Shown: positions 61,270 to 64,000 of the stretch, piece after piece
Layout of the letters: each line of letters opens with the position of its first letter
Position numbering within the stretch: position 1 is the first letter of the stretch
From: Podarcis melisellensis
Lineage: Eukaryota
NCBI GenBank assembly: GCA_964234715.1
Contig: OZ174279.1
Direction: 5' to 3' (one strand)
Length of the DNA: 64,000 bases
The notes under the pieces: generated by a model
The model's database searches: none
Seen by the model: the letters and a program-made list of their open reading frames with translations, nothing else
Told to the model about the DNA's origin: nothing
Program-made: the position numbers and the translations under genes

Positions 61270-62330
61270 TGAGTGAGCATGGCGAGGCGGGGGAGCCGGC
61301 ACAGGAAACTCCCCCCAACTATCAACAGCGCTACAACACTACGCTCAAATCCTTGCCCGACACGCACAGACTCATCGCGCAGGCGTGAACTACCTTGGGC
61401 AGAGGGGGCGTGGCAGATCAAAGAATGCCCGCTCTCAGAAAGGGGGGGAGGGGAAGAGTGAATCTCCGCCGGTTAAAACAGCCAAACGAAGGCGTCCCCG
61501 TGCCTCCTTTTGTCAGGCCCGGGATGCCGTTGATCTGTCGTCCCTACCCTCGCTCCCTTGGCTGCACTAGTGCTGTGAGCTGCCAAGTCGCCGTTCCCGG
61601 CGAGCCGTTGGGCCACGAGCGCCAGCCCCAGGCTGAAGGGCACCTCAGCCTCCGGCAGGCGAGCCAGTCGCTTCCCTGGCGCGCCGCCTCCGCTCTCCCC
61701 CCCCTTCCCCCGCCAAATCACCGCCACATTCAAAATGGCGGACGGAGAGAATAGAACCCTCGCTCTCTCTCGCGCGCGGAAGCCACCGCTTAACCCTTCC
61801 CTTCCCTCCCGCGTTTATCCCGCCACCTGACCCAAGGCTGAATTTCTCAGGGAGCCGAGAAGGCGGGTCCGCCCACCTCGGCTCGTACTTTCCCGGCGCA
61901 TCGGCGACGGAGTTGCCCGACCTCTCTCCCCCGCCACCCCACTCACCGGCAACACCTCACCCACTTCCCCAGGCGGTCGGCGCTAACGGCAGGGCTGAGA
62001 CTCCCCCACAAAAGAACAAGGAAGCGCGCCTAACGGGCGGCTGACTAGCAAGCTACGCAGCTGAGGCAGACAGGATGGCGTCGCGGGCGGACGTATCGCG
62101 AGGACACGCGGCGCCGGGGACGAGAATTTCGCTCGCGTCGCCTAGGTGCAGAGCGTGACGCATGCGCCGCGGAGGAGAATGGGGCGACAGCCGTTTAGGT
62201 CCAGGGAGCGAGATGGCGGGGCGCATGCGCAGAAGGAAAGCCTTCCAAGGCCGAGTGTGCAGTTTAGCGCTGCGTAATCCCACTCGTTGATGCTTTCGGC
62301 CTTGATAAGCAGGTGTTTTCAAGGTACCTG
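61270..62330. promoter_or_regulatory. CpG island / bidirectional promoter (HNRNPH3 on -, probably PBLD on +)
   Basis: CpG-rich. YY1-type AAAATGGCGG at 61732-61741 and AGATGGCGG at 62211-62219; NRF1-type GCGCATGCGC at 62221-62230 and ACGCATGCGC at 62158-62167; plus-strand donor-like AAG|GTACCT at 62323/62324. Confidence 0.8.
61947..62090 (-). other. HNRNPH3: HNRNPH3 non-coding exon 1 (5' end approximate)
   Basis: Minus-strand donor CCG|GTGAGT (ACTCAC on + at 61941-61946) and an alternative GTGAGG at 61955-61960, inside the CpG island. The next exon has only 4 nt before the ATG (acceptor at 53657-53658). Confidence 0.65.
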
Positions 62331-62719
62331 TTGCTAATGCTGTGCCAGTAAGGCCAGTGAGTTCAAAATAATGGGACCCTAATTTAACGACACTACCCGT
62401 GCAAAAAAAGGACATATGGCATCCCTACCAGCCAGCTACTAAGTCACAACTCACCACAATAGGTCAGAAACTGTCTTATGTGTAAACACAGGTCTTTGTA
62501 ATACAAAAGGAGCACGTTTAGTTTCAGTTGACAGAATACTGGAGAGCCTGTTAAGGAGCTTAAATAGCAACAAGGAGAAAATAAATAGTGACACTGTTTG
62601 CAATTGTGTAACATTGAGTGTAAGAAGCGTTGCCAGGGTCTTGAATATTCCTTCAATGGATTATTCAGTGAAATCCTATTATTGGCATCTGTCTGTCTCA
62701 AGAGGCAATGGAAGAGTGT

Positions 62720-62975
62720 GCCATATGAGAACAGCAGGGAGGAGGATATGTCAAAGAGAGTTGGGACACAGCCTTGTTTCACGCCTCTCTTTCCAGGGAA
62801 GGTGTCCAAGGATGAACCATCATACTGGATAGTGCTGCATATGTTCTTCTGAAAAGACGCAATCATCTTGTAGAGCTTAGGCATCAAGTCTATCATGGCA
62901 GTGTACAAGGGGCATGTTTGCTCCCAGCATTTCTCCCACAACTGGTGCAGTGAGAGAATCATGTTGATCTCTGAG
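62720..62975 (-). mobile_element. RTE-clade (BovB-like) LINE reverse-transcriptase fragment
   Basis: ORF 62962-62444 begins MILSLHQLWEKCWEQTCPLYTAMIDL...GVKQGCVPTLF, which matches RTE RT motifs (QLQEKCREQ..LY..FIDL; GVKQGC.LAPTLF) with deletions. Confidence 0.8.
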
Positions 62976-63479
62976 CTCTAAAGCCACATGGTGGCTCGGG
63001 ATATCGTATCATTCTGTATTGGGGAGGAACAGTCCTGTTCAAACAGACATTTATTTTGGGAATATGGGAAGGTGCTGAGGAGCCCCAGTGATTCACCTAG
63101 TTCAGTACTGTCTACACACTGACAGTGACTCTCCAGGGATTCATACAGAGATCTATACCTGTTCCTGCAAGGGTTTGACCTGGGGACCTTTTGCATTCAA
63201 AGCAAGTAAGTGCTCTACTACGTCATATCTGATGTTTCCTCCCTTTATGGTCTTGATTTATGGCTACTACTAAAATGAGGCTGCATTTTAAGCTGTATTT
63301 TAATTAACTGTCCCACCTCCTATTATGTTTTATTGTCATTAATATTTGGTGTTAGCTACCCTGAGCCTGGCCCTGGGCAGGGAGGGCGGGATATAAATAA
63401 ATTATTATTAATAATATTATTATTCAGTTACATTTGAAAAGTAAATTCCCCACTAGTCCTGGAATTGCAGTGCTCAGAG

Positions 63480-63919
63480 CATGGGGCGGCAAACTAAGGC
63501 CCTTGGGCCAGATAAGGCCCAATTGCCTTCTGGATCCGGGCCGCAGACGATCCGGAAATTGCTGTGTGGCTTGCCAGCTATGCGTTCTTTCCCTTTCCCT
63601 CTCCCTCACACGGCAGTGGCGGCGCCTCCTCCCTCCTGGTTTCTCCCTGCCCTGCCTAGAGGAGGAAGGGGGCTGGGCTTTGTTGGTGCCAGCAGCAGCA
63701 GCTCTCGAGCGGCTGCCATTTTAAGCAGCCTCTCTCTGGAGCCCTTTTGCACACCGCTCATCATCCCTCTGCCGCTGCCAGCCCCTGCCGCTCGCAATAC
63801 ACAGGTAAGCAGCTCGTGGTACTCTTGCATCATTCCCCTCCCCCAAATATAGTCAGGCCTCCCACAAGGTCTAAAGGACAGTCGATCAGCCCCCTGCTGA
63901 AAAAGTTTGCTGACCCCTG
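63480..63919. mobile_element. hAT-family non-autonomous DNA transposon with an 8-bp TSD
   Basis: TSD GCTCAGAG at 63472-63479 and 63920-63927; TIRs CATGGGGCGGCAAACT / AGTTTGCTGACCCCTG. Confidence 0.9.
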
Positions 63920-64000
63920 GCTCAGAGGAATGACACACTGCCCCCATCTTTCAGCCAGAGAACAAAGAGCCAATGGAAGGTTATACCTCCTGCCTCCTAG

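Noticed and set aside
62444-62962. 172-aa ORF as a host gene
   Set aside because: The N-terminal half is a deleted RTE reverse-transcriptase fragment and the rest is non-coding read-through.
62330-64000. PBLD coding exons
   Set aside because: No PBLD-like N-terminal motif (DAF...GNPAAV) was found in this interval.

Overview
Eukaryotic genomic DNA from a squamate reptile, most likely a lacertid lizard (inferred from Sauria SINEs and tRNA-CR1 SINEs). The ORF track is mostly noise; the genes were rebuilt by hand from splice sites. Three spliced genes are present in the order known from human 10q21.3. DNA2 helicase/nuclease (+, 2616-20613; exon 2 is lost in an N-gap; last intron is a minor-spliceosome AT-AC intron). 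RUFY2 (+, 23675-44203; 18 exons, 606 aa, plus a FYVE-less alternative last exon). HNRNPH3 (-, CDS 53652-49187; non-coding exon 1 near 62 kb; exon 3 is lost in an N-gap). By synteny the window probably starts in the SLC25A16 3' UTR and ends at the HNRNPH3/PBLD divergent promoter, but neither CDS is visible. Introns hold Tc1/mariner-pogo and hAT MITEs, Sauria SINEs, tRNA-Lys and tRNA-Ile SINEs with CR1 tails, L2 and RTE fragments, a probable solo LTR and a decayed DIRS-like element. No wholly new biological system is supported. Best leads: (1) a second perfect U12 donor behind a candidate in-frame 42-nt exon in DNA2 intron 19, which could replace the helicase motif VI exon; (2) a candidate extra RUFY2 terminal exon ending in -SSCGC; (3) a young MITE with a TC target duplication and a 60-bp minisatellite whose hairpin core is flipped in three of six units; (4) a 33-aa in-frame N-terminal extension of RUFY2.
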